Below are positions 55,748 through 64,000 of a DNA stretch of 64,000 nucleotides, piece by piece. The DNA comes from a virus (Duplodnaviria; Heunggongvirae; Uroviricota; Caudoviricetes), in the IMG/VR virus record IMGVR_UViG_3300035498_002028, one strand, 5' to 3'. Within the stretch, counting starts at the first letter, position 1. Each line of letters opens with the position of its first letter. Below the pieces are notes generated by a model. That model worked only from the letters and a program-made list of their open reading frames with translations, was not told where the DNA came from and did no database searches. The position numbers were made by a program, and so were the translations under genes.

Positions 55748-56944
55748 ATGAAAACATTTGAACTTTCTAGCCGTAAATCAAAAAATGGGCGAAGGAAATT
55801 CAAAGCTATTTTATACGAGATTTTCCCAGATTCGTGTATTGACGAAGTAGGACAAGTAGGTACTCAATTCAACGAAAACGGCATTACCTGGATTAAAGAA
55901 TATTGCCAAGCCGCATTGCCAAGCATCCAGGGTATGAGTTTGAAGTGCGAGTTTCTTGATGATGAGCGTACAGAGTTATGTGGACATGGAGAGACTGAAA
56001 TTTGTTCTGAGGATGGTTTACCAGTTTTTGAGAATGCCGTTGTTGTAGGTACTTTTGACAAAGGTTACATAGAAGAAATTGAAATGCCAAACGGCGAAAT
56101 AAAAACTGTATGCGTTGGTGAAGGAACCATTGATGGTCTTTGTTACAACAATTTTTGTAAAAAACTAGACGAAGATATTAAAAATGGTAATGCACCATCT
56201 GGCAGTGTAGAAATTTTGAAAACTGGTGATAATGACGGAATCGTTTACAAATATGGATATAAGGAATTTGGTCGTATTCCTACCGTATTTGAGCATTCCG
56301 GTTATGCACTTTTAGGTGTTAGACCTGCTGACCAAACTGCGAAAATTTTGGAACTAAATAGCAAGGAGGACAAGAAAAATATGGATGAAATGCAAGTAAA
56401 AGCTCTTGTCGGTGAAGTTGTTAATACAACTATGAATGTTACTGCTGAGATGAATAAGTGTAAAGATGAGTGTGCTGCACAGGTAGCCGCTGCTACTGAA
56501 ACAATCACAGATAAGGATAACCAGATTTCTGAACTTAATTCTCAGATTGAAACAATTAAAGCCGAGTTAGAGACTTGTAAAAATGAAAATGCAGAGTTAA
56601 ATGCTGCAAAAGAAACGATGCAGTCTGAAATCAATGAATTGAAAGCTACTATTGCTGAATCCGAAAAGAAAGAAAAGATTGGCGAACTTAATTCTGCTAT
56701 TGCTTCTTTTACAGATGAGGAAAAGGCTTATGCACAGGCTGAGATTGATGCTTTTAATGCTGACCCAATTGCATCGGAAGTAAATTCTGTTGTTTCTAAG
56801 ATTTGGGAAGGTGTTGGCAAGAAAGCAAAGACTGATGCTGCACAGGTAGCTGCTGAACAGAATGCTGTTAATACAAATTACGAAGATATCTTCTCCGAGG
56901 TCGGTGGCAAGACTGCCGCTGCGGAAGATACCAATATTTTTTAA
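55748..56944 (+). CDS. Prohead protease/scaffold protein
   Basis: Globular N-half with GSVEI, long coiled-coil C-half; lies between portal and capsid. Confidence 0.7.
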   Translation: MKTFELSSRKSKNGRRKFKAILYEIFPDSCIDEVGQVGTQFNENGITWIKEYCQAALPSIQGMSLKCEFLDDERTELCGHGETEICSEDGLPVFENAVVVGTFDKGYIEEIEMPNGEIKTVCVGEGTIDGLCYNNFCKKLDEDIKNGNAPSGSVEILKTGDNDGIVYKYGYKEFGRIPTVFEHSGYALLGVRPADQTAKILELNSKEDKKNMDEMQVKALVGEVVNTTMNVTAEMNKCKDECAAQVAAATETITDKDNQISELNSQIETIKAELETCKNENAELNAAKETMQSEINELKATIAESEKKEKIGELNSAIASFTDEEKAYAQAEIDAFNADPIASEVNSVVSKIWEGVGKKAKTDAAQVAAEQNAVNTNYEDIFSEVGGKTAAAEDTNIF

Positions 56945-56968
56945 TTAGAGAAAGGATGGGTATATACA

Positions 56969-57391
56969 ATGGTTAAAGTTGAGACAGTTGGTATGTATGA
57001 TGTTGCAAAAATCAACCCTACTTTAGTCGCTGAAAAGGCTGTTGCAAATTACAGCTTTATTACAGTTGACGGTATCTTATACCTGGTTGACAACACTGTA
57101 GTTGGTGATGATTCATACAAAGAAGGTATTGAAATTCCCGCTGGTGACAAACTTAATGGTTATGTTGTTAAGGCTTGGGAAGGACAGAAACTTGTTGTTG
57201 ATGCTAAACATGTTGTTGATGGCATCGCATCTCTTAACAAGGGAGATGTTCTTGTTGCAAATGCCGATGGTAAGTTAGAGACTGGCGAGGCAGTTGCAGT
57301 TCATTTTATTGTTGCTGAAAAGACTACTCTTACAGAGCCAGCTATTAAAGTAATCGTTGCTGTTGGTGCTGACGAAGTAAGTGGTGACTAA
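56969..57391 (+). CDS. Head decoration/structural protein
   Basis: 140 aa directly before the major capsid gene. Confidence 0.6.
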   Translation: MVKVETVGMYDVAKINPTLVAEKAVANYSFITVDGILYLVDNTVVGDDSYKEGIEIPAGDKLNGYVVKAWEGQKLVVDAKHVVDGIASLNKGDVLVANADGKLETGEAVAVHFIVAEKTTLTEPAIKVIVAVGADEVSGD

Positions 57392-57426
57392 GCATTAACA
57401 ATAATACGAAAGGAAGGTTATTATAA

Positions 57427-58533
57427 ATGAATACTACATATGAGTTAAACAATCTGCGTAAAGATTCTGACGCATTTAGTGGTAAATTCACAAAGCAGTC
57501 TCCTGTCGTAGAAATTTTCTCAGCCATGGTAAATGGCGAGGAACTTTCTAAGTTCGGCGCAAAGGCTGATACAGCTGTGAATTATATCAAAAACTTAGGT
57601 ACTCGTGCAGACAATGGCGACCCTGTTGCTGTTGCCGAATTGAATACTTTAAGACGTTTCGTAATTGAAACACCTATTATGCAGGAAATCAAGCTGTTAA
57701 GTATTTTTGGTACTTACACTCCTGTAGGATACGATGAGACAATTGAACGCGAGGTTTATATGCATACTGGCGAGCGTTCTCGTGAACAGGCTGCAAACGG
57801 TGACGTTGTATTCCCTGTAACTACAAAAGAAGTATATCCGGTATCTACATTTACTGTATCTGGCGGTTATGCTGTAGATTATAGACGTGTTGCGCTTGGC
57901 GATATGTCTAAGGAGAACGAAGGTCTTAACCAGGTTAAGATTGATATTCGTAATCGTGCTATGCTTGCAGTTGTAAATCGCGTTTACAAAGCATTAAACG
58001 ATGCTACTGGTGTTAAGTATATGGTTGAGGAAGCTGGTCTTACAAAGACTGCCGTTGACGATGTTCTTACGAGAATCAGACGTTGGGGTAAACCTACTGT
58101 AATTGCTGATTATGCTCTCATTTCTCAGTTCACACCTTGGGCTGGTTATGTTGGTCAGATTAACGCCAATACTATCACAGGTATTTCAGAAGCTACAATG
58201 AATCAGCTTGCAGCCAATGGCGCACTGTCTCAGTACAATGGTGCTATCTTATCTGAAATGCCAAATCCATATGATTTATACAATCTTACAGAGGATGGTA
58301 AGGACTTCAAGACTTTACTTCCTGCTGGTTTAGGTTTTATTATTCCTGCTGGTGCGCAGTCACCTATCGCTACTTACAGCCGTGGTGGTCTTACATCATT
58401 CACGGGCAACAATGTAAAGAATGGAAAGATTGAAACTCGTTTCGACCTTGAAATCGGATGCGATGTTGCTAAGACACAGGAATACAAGATTGGTACAATT
58501 TATGATACCAATGTTGGTGGATTAAGCGAGTAA
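57427..58533 (+). CDS. Major capsid protein
   Basis: 368 aa, highly biased codons, terminator after, synteny. Confidence 0.8.
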   Translation: MNTTYELNNLRKDSDAFSGKFTKQSPVVEIFSAMVNGEELSKFGAKADTAVNYIKNLGTRADNGDPVAVAELNTLRRFVIETPIMQEIKLLSIFGTYTPVGYDETIEREVYMHTGERSREQAANGDVVFPVTTKEVYPVSTFTVSGGYAVDYRRVALGDMSKENEGLNQVKIDIRNRAMLAVVNRVYKALNDATGVKYMVEEAGLTKTAVDDVLTRIRRWGKPTVIADYALISQFTPWAGYVGQINANTITGISEATMNQLAANGALSQYNGAILSEMPNPYDLYNLTEDGKDFKTLLPAGLGFIIPAGAQSPIATYSRGGLTSFTGNNVKNGKIETRFDLEIGCDVAKTQEYKIGTIYDTNVGGLSE

Positions 58534-58549
58534 TCGTTAAAATAAGTTT

Positions 58550-58577
58550 TAGGGCGTGACTTAAACCACGCCCTATT
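58550..58577 (+). terminator. Terminator hairpin after capsid gene
   Basis: TAGGGCGTG-N8-CACGCCCTA. Confidence 0.65.
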
Positions 58578-58599
58578 AACGTATAAAGGAGAAAAAGCT

Positions 58600-58785
58600 A
58601 TGGAAACAAACGATATTTTCTATTGCTATTCCTTACGACTATTCCATTATCTTTCTGCATTTAATGAAAAATGCTATACATCAAAGATAAATTCACTCAG
58701 CGGTAAGCGATACTGGATTTTCCAGAAATCTGAACGATTGGATAAGATTATAGAATCATATAACGAAATGAAGCACAAATTTTAG
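58600..58785 (+). CDS. Small hypothetical protein
   Basis: 61 aa, AAGGAG RBS. Confidence 0.65.
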   Translation: METNDIFYCYSLRLFHYLSAFNEKCYTSKINSLSGKRYWIFQKSERLDKIIESYNEMKHKF

Positions 58786-58820
58786 TTGCAATCTAATTTT
58801 AAAATAGTTGAAATGAGGTA

Positions 58821-59360
58821 TTGAAAATGGCAGAAACAACAGGGGCAGCAAAGAAATCTTCGACTGCTGCAAAGAAAACACAGGCTACCAAGGAACCGGA
58901 AGAGTTGAATCTTGATACAAAAGTAACTGTAAAAAGTATTGCAGACTGGACAGTTGGTTTCGCACGTAGAGCTGATGGATATGCTGGAGATATTACTATT
59001 TCTCCAAAAGGAAGCATTAGACTTTCTCGCAATGAAATTATTACACAGGTACAAAACGGAAATAAGTTATTTAATGGCTTAGATGGCGTTGGTTCTCATG
59101 CAACATTGATTATTGAGGATAAGCCCACAAGAATTGAAGCAGGTTTTGAAACAGAGGATACTGAGCAAAAGGTATTCTCAGATAAATTGATTAGTGAATT
59201 ATTTGCCATCCATTCTTCGGAAGGCTTTCAGATGCAATTTAAGGAATGTATTCGCACAAGAGCAGAGAAATATGCTGCTATTGATGCGATTAAACGCTTA
59301 GGAATCAATGATTATAGCAAGATTCGTTTTGTAGAGGATTATACAGGATATAAACTGTAG
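58821..59360 (+). CDS. Virion structural/hypothetical protein
   Basis: 179 aa in the morphogenesis operon. Confidence 0.6.
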   Translation: MKMAETTGAAKKSSTAAKKTQATKEPEELNLDTKVTVKSIADWTVGFARRADGYAGDITISPKGSIRLSRNEIITQVQNGNKLFNGLDGVGSHATLIIEDKPTRIEAGFETEDTEQKVFSDKLISELFAIHSSEGFQMQFKECIRTRAEKYAAIDAIKRLGINDYSKIRFVEDYTGYKL

Positions 59361-59380
59361 ACACTGAAAGGCGGTGCGTT

Positions 59381-59773
59381 ATGGGTAATACGCAAGCTAA
59401 CGAAGTGTTTGATAGCTTTGAATCTTCATTCCAGGATAAAAAAGTTATCCCAGATGATTTAGAGTTAATTTGGTTGTTAAAAGCCATTGGAAGATACTCA
59501 GTTGAGCTTGATAAATTGAATTTTGATAAGGATTCAATGGAGTTTGATTGTGAGCTTGACAGATATACTATTGATACATTAGGCGCTTTTATGAAGCAAT
59601 CATATCAAGAGCGCGAGGTTTCAAAAGTAAATAAACGTATTTCAATCGTTGGAAAAGACCTTAGTATTGATGGTAATAATGGTTCAAAAACAGCTGCAAA
59701 AAGTGAGTTGGAATATGATGATAGTAAATCAATTGAAATGATTAACAATCAGTTGCCAACAGCATACGTTTAA
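59381..59773 (+). CDS. Putative head-tail adaptor
   Basis: 130 aa, position in neck module. Confidence 0.55.
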   Translation: MGNTQANEVFDSFESSFQDKKVIPDDLELIWLLKAIGRYSVELDKLNFDKDSMEFDCELDRYTIDTLGAFMKQSYQEREVSKVNKRISIVGKDLSIDGNNGSKTAAKSELEYDDSKSIEMINNQLPTAYV

Positions 59774-59785
59774 GGCGGTGTTGTT

Positions 59786-60859
59786 ATGGCAAAGGAATGG
59801 TATTTACTGAGTTCACCATATGACCAAGTAAGTGGTTATGAAAATGAAGGACTATATGATTTTGGTCAAGAAGGTTTTCTTGAAGCGATTGAAACAGATA
59901 TAGCTTCTGATGTTGAGATTTGTAATTTCGATTTATCGGAAGTTAAGCCTATAAGGGCAATTATTCAAGCACGAACACAAGATACAAAACTAAATTCTAT
60001 TACAAGACAAATGTTAGCGCCTATAGGCTCTTGTAAGGCGGGGATGTATGTTAAATATAAAGGTATATATTGGCTTATTGTAGGATTTGTCGATGATAAT
60101 ACGGTCATGTATGAAAAAGCCGTGTTGTCATTATGTAATTGGAAATTAGCATGGTTAAATACTAGCGGAAAAGTAATTCAGAGGTGGGTAAGCGCTATCT
60201 CCGCTTCACAATATAACAATGGTGAAACTGGTATGCAGTTTTATTTTGTACGCAGTGACCAATTACTTATTTCTCTTCCAGATGATGAGGAAAGTTTATT
60301 GATAACTGAGGGTTGTAGATTTGTAATTGACAAACGATGTGCAATCTACGAAAAAGGTTTTGATGATTCTGTTGTCAAAGATACAAGCAATCCGCTTATT
60401 ACATATCAATTAACCAGAAGTGATACTGTCCTTTATAATTTTGGCGATAGTGGTCATATGGAATTTATAGCAACTCAAGATGAACAACATGAAAATGATG
60501 GCTATTATAAGATAGATGGCATTGGATATTGGTTGTGTGACAAGCCTAGTGATGAAAATGATAAAAGCCAAATTTTATCATCTCACATCCTATGTGATTC
60601 GACTGATATCTACAATGGTCTTGATGCAGGAATTTTTACGGCTAAGTTTGTTGGAGCTGATGGAAAAGCTGCACATGTAGTACCACATTGGACTGTTAAT
60701 TGCGATTTTGCAGATAAATTAAAAATAATTCAAGCAAACAATTCTATTAGCATTTCGGTTAATAACAGGGAGCTAATCAATAAATCATTTGAGCTACTTT
60801 TAAATGCCGATGGTTACACCACTGCTTCTACTATTATCACAATTAAATCATTCTTTTAG
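59786..60859 (+). CDS. Putative neck/head-closure protein with Ig-like C-terminus
   Basis: 357 aa, position in neck module. Confidence 0.5.
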   Translation: MAKEWYLLSSPYDQVSGYENEGLYDFGQEGFLEAIETDIASDVEICNFDLSEVKPIRAIIQARTQDTKLNSITRQMLAPIGSCKAGMYVKYKGIYWLIVGFVDDNTVMYEKAVLSLCNWKLAWLNTSGKVIQRWVSAISASQYNNGETGMQFYFVRSDQLLISLPDDEESLLITEGCRFVIDKRCAIYEKGFDDSVVKDTSNPLITYQLTRSDTVLYNFGDSGHMEFIATQDEQHENDGYYKIDGIGYWLCDKPSDENDKSQILSSHILCDSTDIYNGLDAGIFTAKFVGADGKAAHVVPHWTVNCDFADKLKIIQANNSISISVNNRELINKSFELLLNADGYTTASTIITIKSFF

Positions 60860-60868
60860 GAGGTAGAT

Positions 60869-61357
60869 ATGGGTAACAAAAAAACCACAAAAGAACGTGG
60901 ACTATTTAAACAAGAAATCCATTCTGCCCTATATAAGAACGAAAATATTCGTGAAATACTTTTAGGAGATACAAGTGGTATGTCCACGGCAATGGTTATG
61001 GCAGAGTTTAAAAAGCATGTCAAATCACATTTATTTATAGAAGATACAATTACGGATACGGGAACGTATATTTATTACGATGTAATAATGCCGCAATTGC
61101 ATTCAAATACAAAAGATTGCCGTGTTACTATGTATTTAATTTGTCATAGAGACATTTTAGATAATGGTTACACAAAAGAAGGATACGTTGGTGACAGAGC
61201 AGATATTCTATCACAGATGGTAGAAGAAACTCTTCTCGACAAATCCGTTGTAAACAACTTTGGCATTGGAGAATTGACTTTAGACAGCATTAACATCTAC
61301 AATGCTACTCGTTTTTATGGGTGCATATTAACTTTTGTTGTACCCAATTTTAGATAA
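60869..61357 (+). CDS. Putative tail completion/terminator protein
   Basis: 162 aa, position before tail tube. Confidence 0.5.
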   Translation: MGNKKTTKERGLFKQEIHSALYKNENIREILLGDTSGMSTAMVMAEFKKHVKSHLFIEDTITDTGTYIYYDVIMPQLHSNTKDCRVTMYLICHRDILDNGYTKEGYVGDRADILSQMVEETLLDKSVVNNFGIGELTLDSINIYNATRFYGCILTFVVPNFR

Positions 61358-62166
61358 TGAAACTAGATTATGGTTCATTATTAAGTCCGGAGCCAATACA
61401 GCTGTCTATTGGAACTCTTCGGAATCCAACATTGCGTGAAATCAGCAAAGTAACTTTTTCTAAATTTGGTATTTATCAATTTTTCTTAAAACTAACACCA
61501 GAAGATTATTTTACAAAGGTAAATGTTTTAAAAGCAAATTACTGGAATAATTTATCTGATGAGCAGAAAGAAACATTTTCACTTTACGACATCGTAACCG
61601 TTGATGAAGTTCTATGTAATACATATGTAGAAATATTCAATTTCTTCTTCGTAGAGAGAGTTGTTTTTAGAGAAGGTTTCTTCGTACTGTTAAATACAGG
61701 CGACTATTCAACAGCTGATTCCGATATAGAAGTCACAAAAGATATTATACGGAGCGTAATTCATAAGGATATATTCAATGAAGTATTAGATTTATTACAA
61801 CAAATTTGCTTTATCAAAACCGATGAAGAAATTGATGAATCTACTTTGAAATTCAAGAATGAAAAAGCGCGAAAGTTATGGAGAAAAATGCAAGAAGCCG
61901 CAAAAGAACAAAAGAAAAACTCAGAACATAATGCGGATATGACTTTGCCAAATATAATATCTTCCGTTGCAGCAAAAAGCTACAATCTTAATATCATGAA
62001 CATTTGGGACATTACATTATTTCAGTTATACGACCAATTTAACAGACTGCAAAATAATGATGCGCATTCTATAAATAGTATGCGAGTTGCTGCATGGGGT
62101 GATGAGAAGAGAACATTTGATTATGCATTATGGCATAAAAACATGTTTGAAAAAAATAAACAATAA
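61357..62166 (+). CDS. Hypothetical tail-module protein
   Basis: 269 aa, coupled start. Confidence 0.55.
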   Translation: MKLDYGSLLSPEPIQLSIGTLRNPTLREISKVTFSKFGIYQFFLKLTPEDYFTKVNVLKANYWNNLSDEQKETFSLYDIVTVDEVLCNTYVEIFNFFFVERVVFREGFFVLLNTGDYSTADSDIEVTKDIIRSVIHKDIFNEVLDLLQQICFIKTDEEIDESTLKFKNEKARKLWRKMQEAAKEQKKNSEHNADMTLPNIISSVAAKSYNLNIMNIWDITLFQLYDQFNRLQNNDAHSINSMRVAAWGDEKRTFDYALWHKNMFEKNKQ

Positions 62167-62198
62167 CTCAAAGAGTTTTAAATTAAGGAGGAAACAAT

Positions 62199-62948
62199 AT
62201 GCCAGAATTAAATAAAGCAAACCGACAGGTATGTGACGTTGATATTCGTATCTTAAAGACACTGGCTCCGTTCCTTTTCTTTGATTCAGCTAATACTACT
62301 ACAGTAGGTCTTACTGGCGATAGTGTATATGCTATGAAGAAAGGTACTAGAGCAATTGCTTTCCAGAATCCTATTGAGGGTACACTGACTGTCGAAGCAC
62401 AGGTATATCCGTTCAAGTTTTTCACTCTGCTGTCCGATGGTGTTGTTGAAACAACTGGTATTAAAGCCGTAAAAACAACAGTTAAGGCAACAGAAGCAGG
62501 TAAACTTACTATTTCAGCGGGCGACAAAGCAGAAATCCAGACTGGTACAGTATTTGTTTATGAATCTGGTGCATTCGGCGATACTGAAATCGCTGGTGAA
62601 TATGCAGAAGGTGTATTTACAGCTGAAAAAGCAGATGATATTGTAGCAGATACAGAATATGAAGTTGGATACATTGTTAATAAGACATCCGGCGTTAAGC
62701 GTGTGTCATTTAATAACAAGAAAATTCCGAAGGATTATTTTATTACTATGTCTACTGTAGATAAGGATGAGGAAGGTATCCTTACTCCATTTATTATCAC
62801 AGCTTACAAAGCATCTATCCAGAGAGATTTTGAGTTGTCATTCAGTTCCGAGGGCGACCCTGCATCTGTTTCTATTACATTCGACCTTATGGAAGATAAG
62901 AATGGAAACGTTCTTGATATGCTTGAGGATACTGACGAAGCAGAATAA
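62199..62948 (+). CDS. Major tail tube protein
   Basis: 249 aa, FELSFSSEGDPASVSITFDL end, biased codons, terminator after. Confidence 0.75.
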   Translation: MPELNKANRQVCDVDIRILKTLAPFLFFDSANTTTVGLTGDSVYAMKKGTRAIAFQNPIEGTLTVEAQVYPFKFFTLLSDGVVETTGIKAVKTTVKATEAGKLTISAGDKAEIQTGTVFVYESGAFGDTEIAGEYAEGVFTAEKADDIVADTEYEVGYIVNKTSGVKRVSFNNKKIPKDYFITMSTVDKDEEGILTPFIITAYKASIQRDFELSFSSEGDPASVSITFDLMEDKNGNVLDMLEDTDEAE

Positions 62949-62957
62949 TTAAAAGGC

Positions 62958-62991
62958 GGGCTAGGTAATTTTTATTACCAAGCCCCTTTTT
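62958..62991 (+). terminator. Intrinsic terminator
   Basis: GGGCT.GGTAAT..ATTACC.AGCCC then T-tract. Confidence 0.7.
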
Positions 62992-63007
62992 AGATTGGAG
63001 TGAGACT

Positions 63008-63283
63008 ATGACAAAAGAATGTAAAGTTATTTTAAATAACGATGCAGTTACCGTTGTCAAGTTTGGCGAAATCAGTATTCAGTTCCCTTCAATCCATCGA
63101 GAAGTGGACACAGTTTTTGTTAAAGCAGATAATGGTAGATATTCCATTGTAGATAAGATGGAAGAAGAAAACAATAATGGTTATAAAAACCAGGGCAATA
63201 AAAAGCCATTACAGAAGAAAGCAACTAATGAAATGACTGAGGATACAGCTGAAAAGGCTGATTCTACAGAAGGCGATAAATAA
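63008..63283 (+). CDS. Hypothetical protein
   Basis: 91 aa, RBS. Confidence 0.6.
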   Translation: MTKECKVILNNDAVTVVKFGEISIQFPSIHREVDTVFVKADNGRYSIVDKMEEENNNGYKNQGNKKPLQKKATNEMTEDTAEKADSTEGDK

Positions 63284-63384
63284 CAGGGTTGTATTGTAGT
63301 TTTAAGAATAAGGGGTAAGACTTATGCAATCCGTATGAGTATGCCCCTTTTATTTTTCGCAAATAAAAAGAAAGGAAAAGCATA

Positions 63385-63633
63385 ATGAAAGTAATAGATT
63401 TTGATTCTCTCGAAGAAGCAATTGAATGCTATGGCAGAGACAACTTAATACCAATAGATAATATAAAACAGCTTATATTTTATGCTAAACACGGATGCCA
63501 GCCAAGATTTATTTGGGAAAAGGAAGGTTCTCCGAGCAAAATTACGGGCTGGTATTTAAAAAGTGAAACAAATTTTGTTTATAAAAAGTGGATGGAAAAT
63601 AATCCACATAAAAACGAAAATAACTCTTATTAG
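63385..63633 (+). CDS. Hypothetical protein
   Basis: 82 aa, RBS AAGGA. Confidence 0.65.
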   Translation: MKVIDFDSLEEAIECYGRDNLIPIDNIKQLIFYAKHGCQPRFIWEKEGSPSKITGWYLKSETNFVYKKWMENNPHKNENNSY

Positions 63634-63646
63634 GGGTTGATATATA

Positions 63647-64000
63647 TTGAACATTGGGAAGGATTTTGAATCAAGGATACAAAAATATGTTCCCGCCTAT
63701 GCAAAAATGTATAGACTTCCAGATGCAGCTCAGTCATTTGGTGGAAGTAATAATTTGAGATTTAGTCGCAAGAATCCTTTTGATTATTTTTTATGGGATT
63801 CTTCAAGGCATTATTTATATGCTCTTGAATTAAAGACTGTCAGTGGCAAGTCTATATCTTTTGAAAGAAATAAGGATGAAAAAGGCGAAATACATTTTCA
63901 TCAAATATGCGGTCTTAACGAGTGGGATAAATATGATGGTACAATTTGTGGTTTCATAATAGAATTCAGAGAATGCGAAAAAACCATTTTCTTAAATATC
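63647..64000 (+). CDS. RecU-like Holliday junction resolvase (runs off window end)
   Basis: Hand translation (TTG start) NIGKDFE...NPFDY...ALELKT...HQI..L...GFIIEF. Confidence 0.75.
   Translation, partial: MNIGKDFESRIQKYVPAYAKMYRLPDAAQSFGGSNNLRFSRKNPFDYFLWDSSRHYLYALELKTVSGKSISFERNKDEKGEIHFHQICGLNEWDKYDGTICGFIIEFRECEKTIFLNI

Noticed and set aside
56315-56326. GVRP in the scaffold/protease gene as a second DGR variable repeat
   Set aside because: Codons differ from the TR and there is no upstream nucleotide similarity.

Overview
The whole window is phage DNA: an AT-rich, SPbeta-like siphovirus of a Firmicute, probably Clostridia/Lachnospiraceae (inferred from gene content, Shine-Dalgarno sites and host operators). 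No host genes or att junction are visible. Transcription diverges from a ~1.4 kb non-coding junction at ~38.25-39.66 kb. The left arm (minus strand) holds, reading away from the junction: ~45 short early ORFs behind ~20 near-identical sigma70 promoters (15 with a GTAA-N5-TTACT operator), a beta clamp, an LPD-type protein, a tyrosine recombinase, a DUF262-type and a dead-recombinase-fold protein, a four-gene NAD cluster, Thg1, a complete diversity-generating retroelement (DGR) whose RT is fused to a SLOG domain, and a radical SAM gene. The right arm (plus strand) holds a YonO-type single-subunit RNA polymerase operon, a coiled-coil gene followed by a ~450-nt structured non-coding RNA, 11 tRNAs plus a degenerate one, a beta-CASP nuclease, ClpP-like, phosphoesterase and HU genes, and the head/neck/tail-tube module. 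The best leads are: (i) the protein + 450-nt RNA module closed by a 25-bp stem; (ii) two twister ribozymes and one hammerhead punctuating the first early transcript; (iii) the RT-SLOG fusion; (iv) an orphan perfect CIRCE, tandem NrdR boxes and an SOS box; (v) a strand-polar GGAAAA motif cluster. All counts and alignments were done by hand; family calls rest on motif recognition, not database searches.
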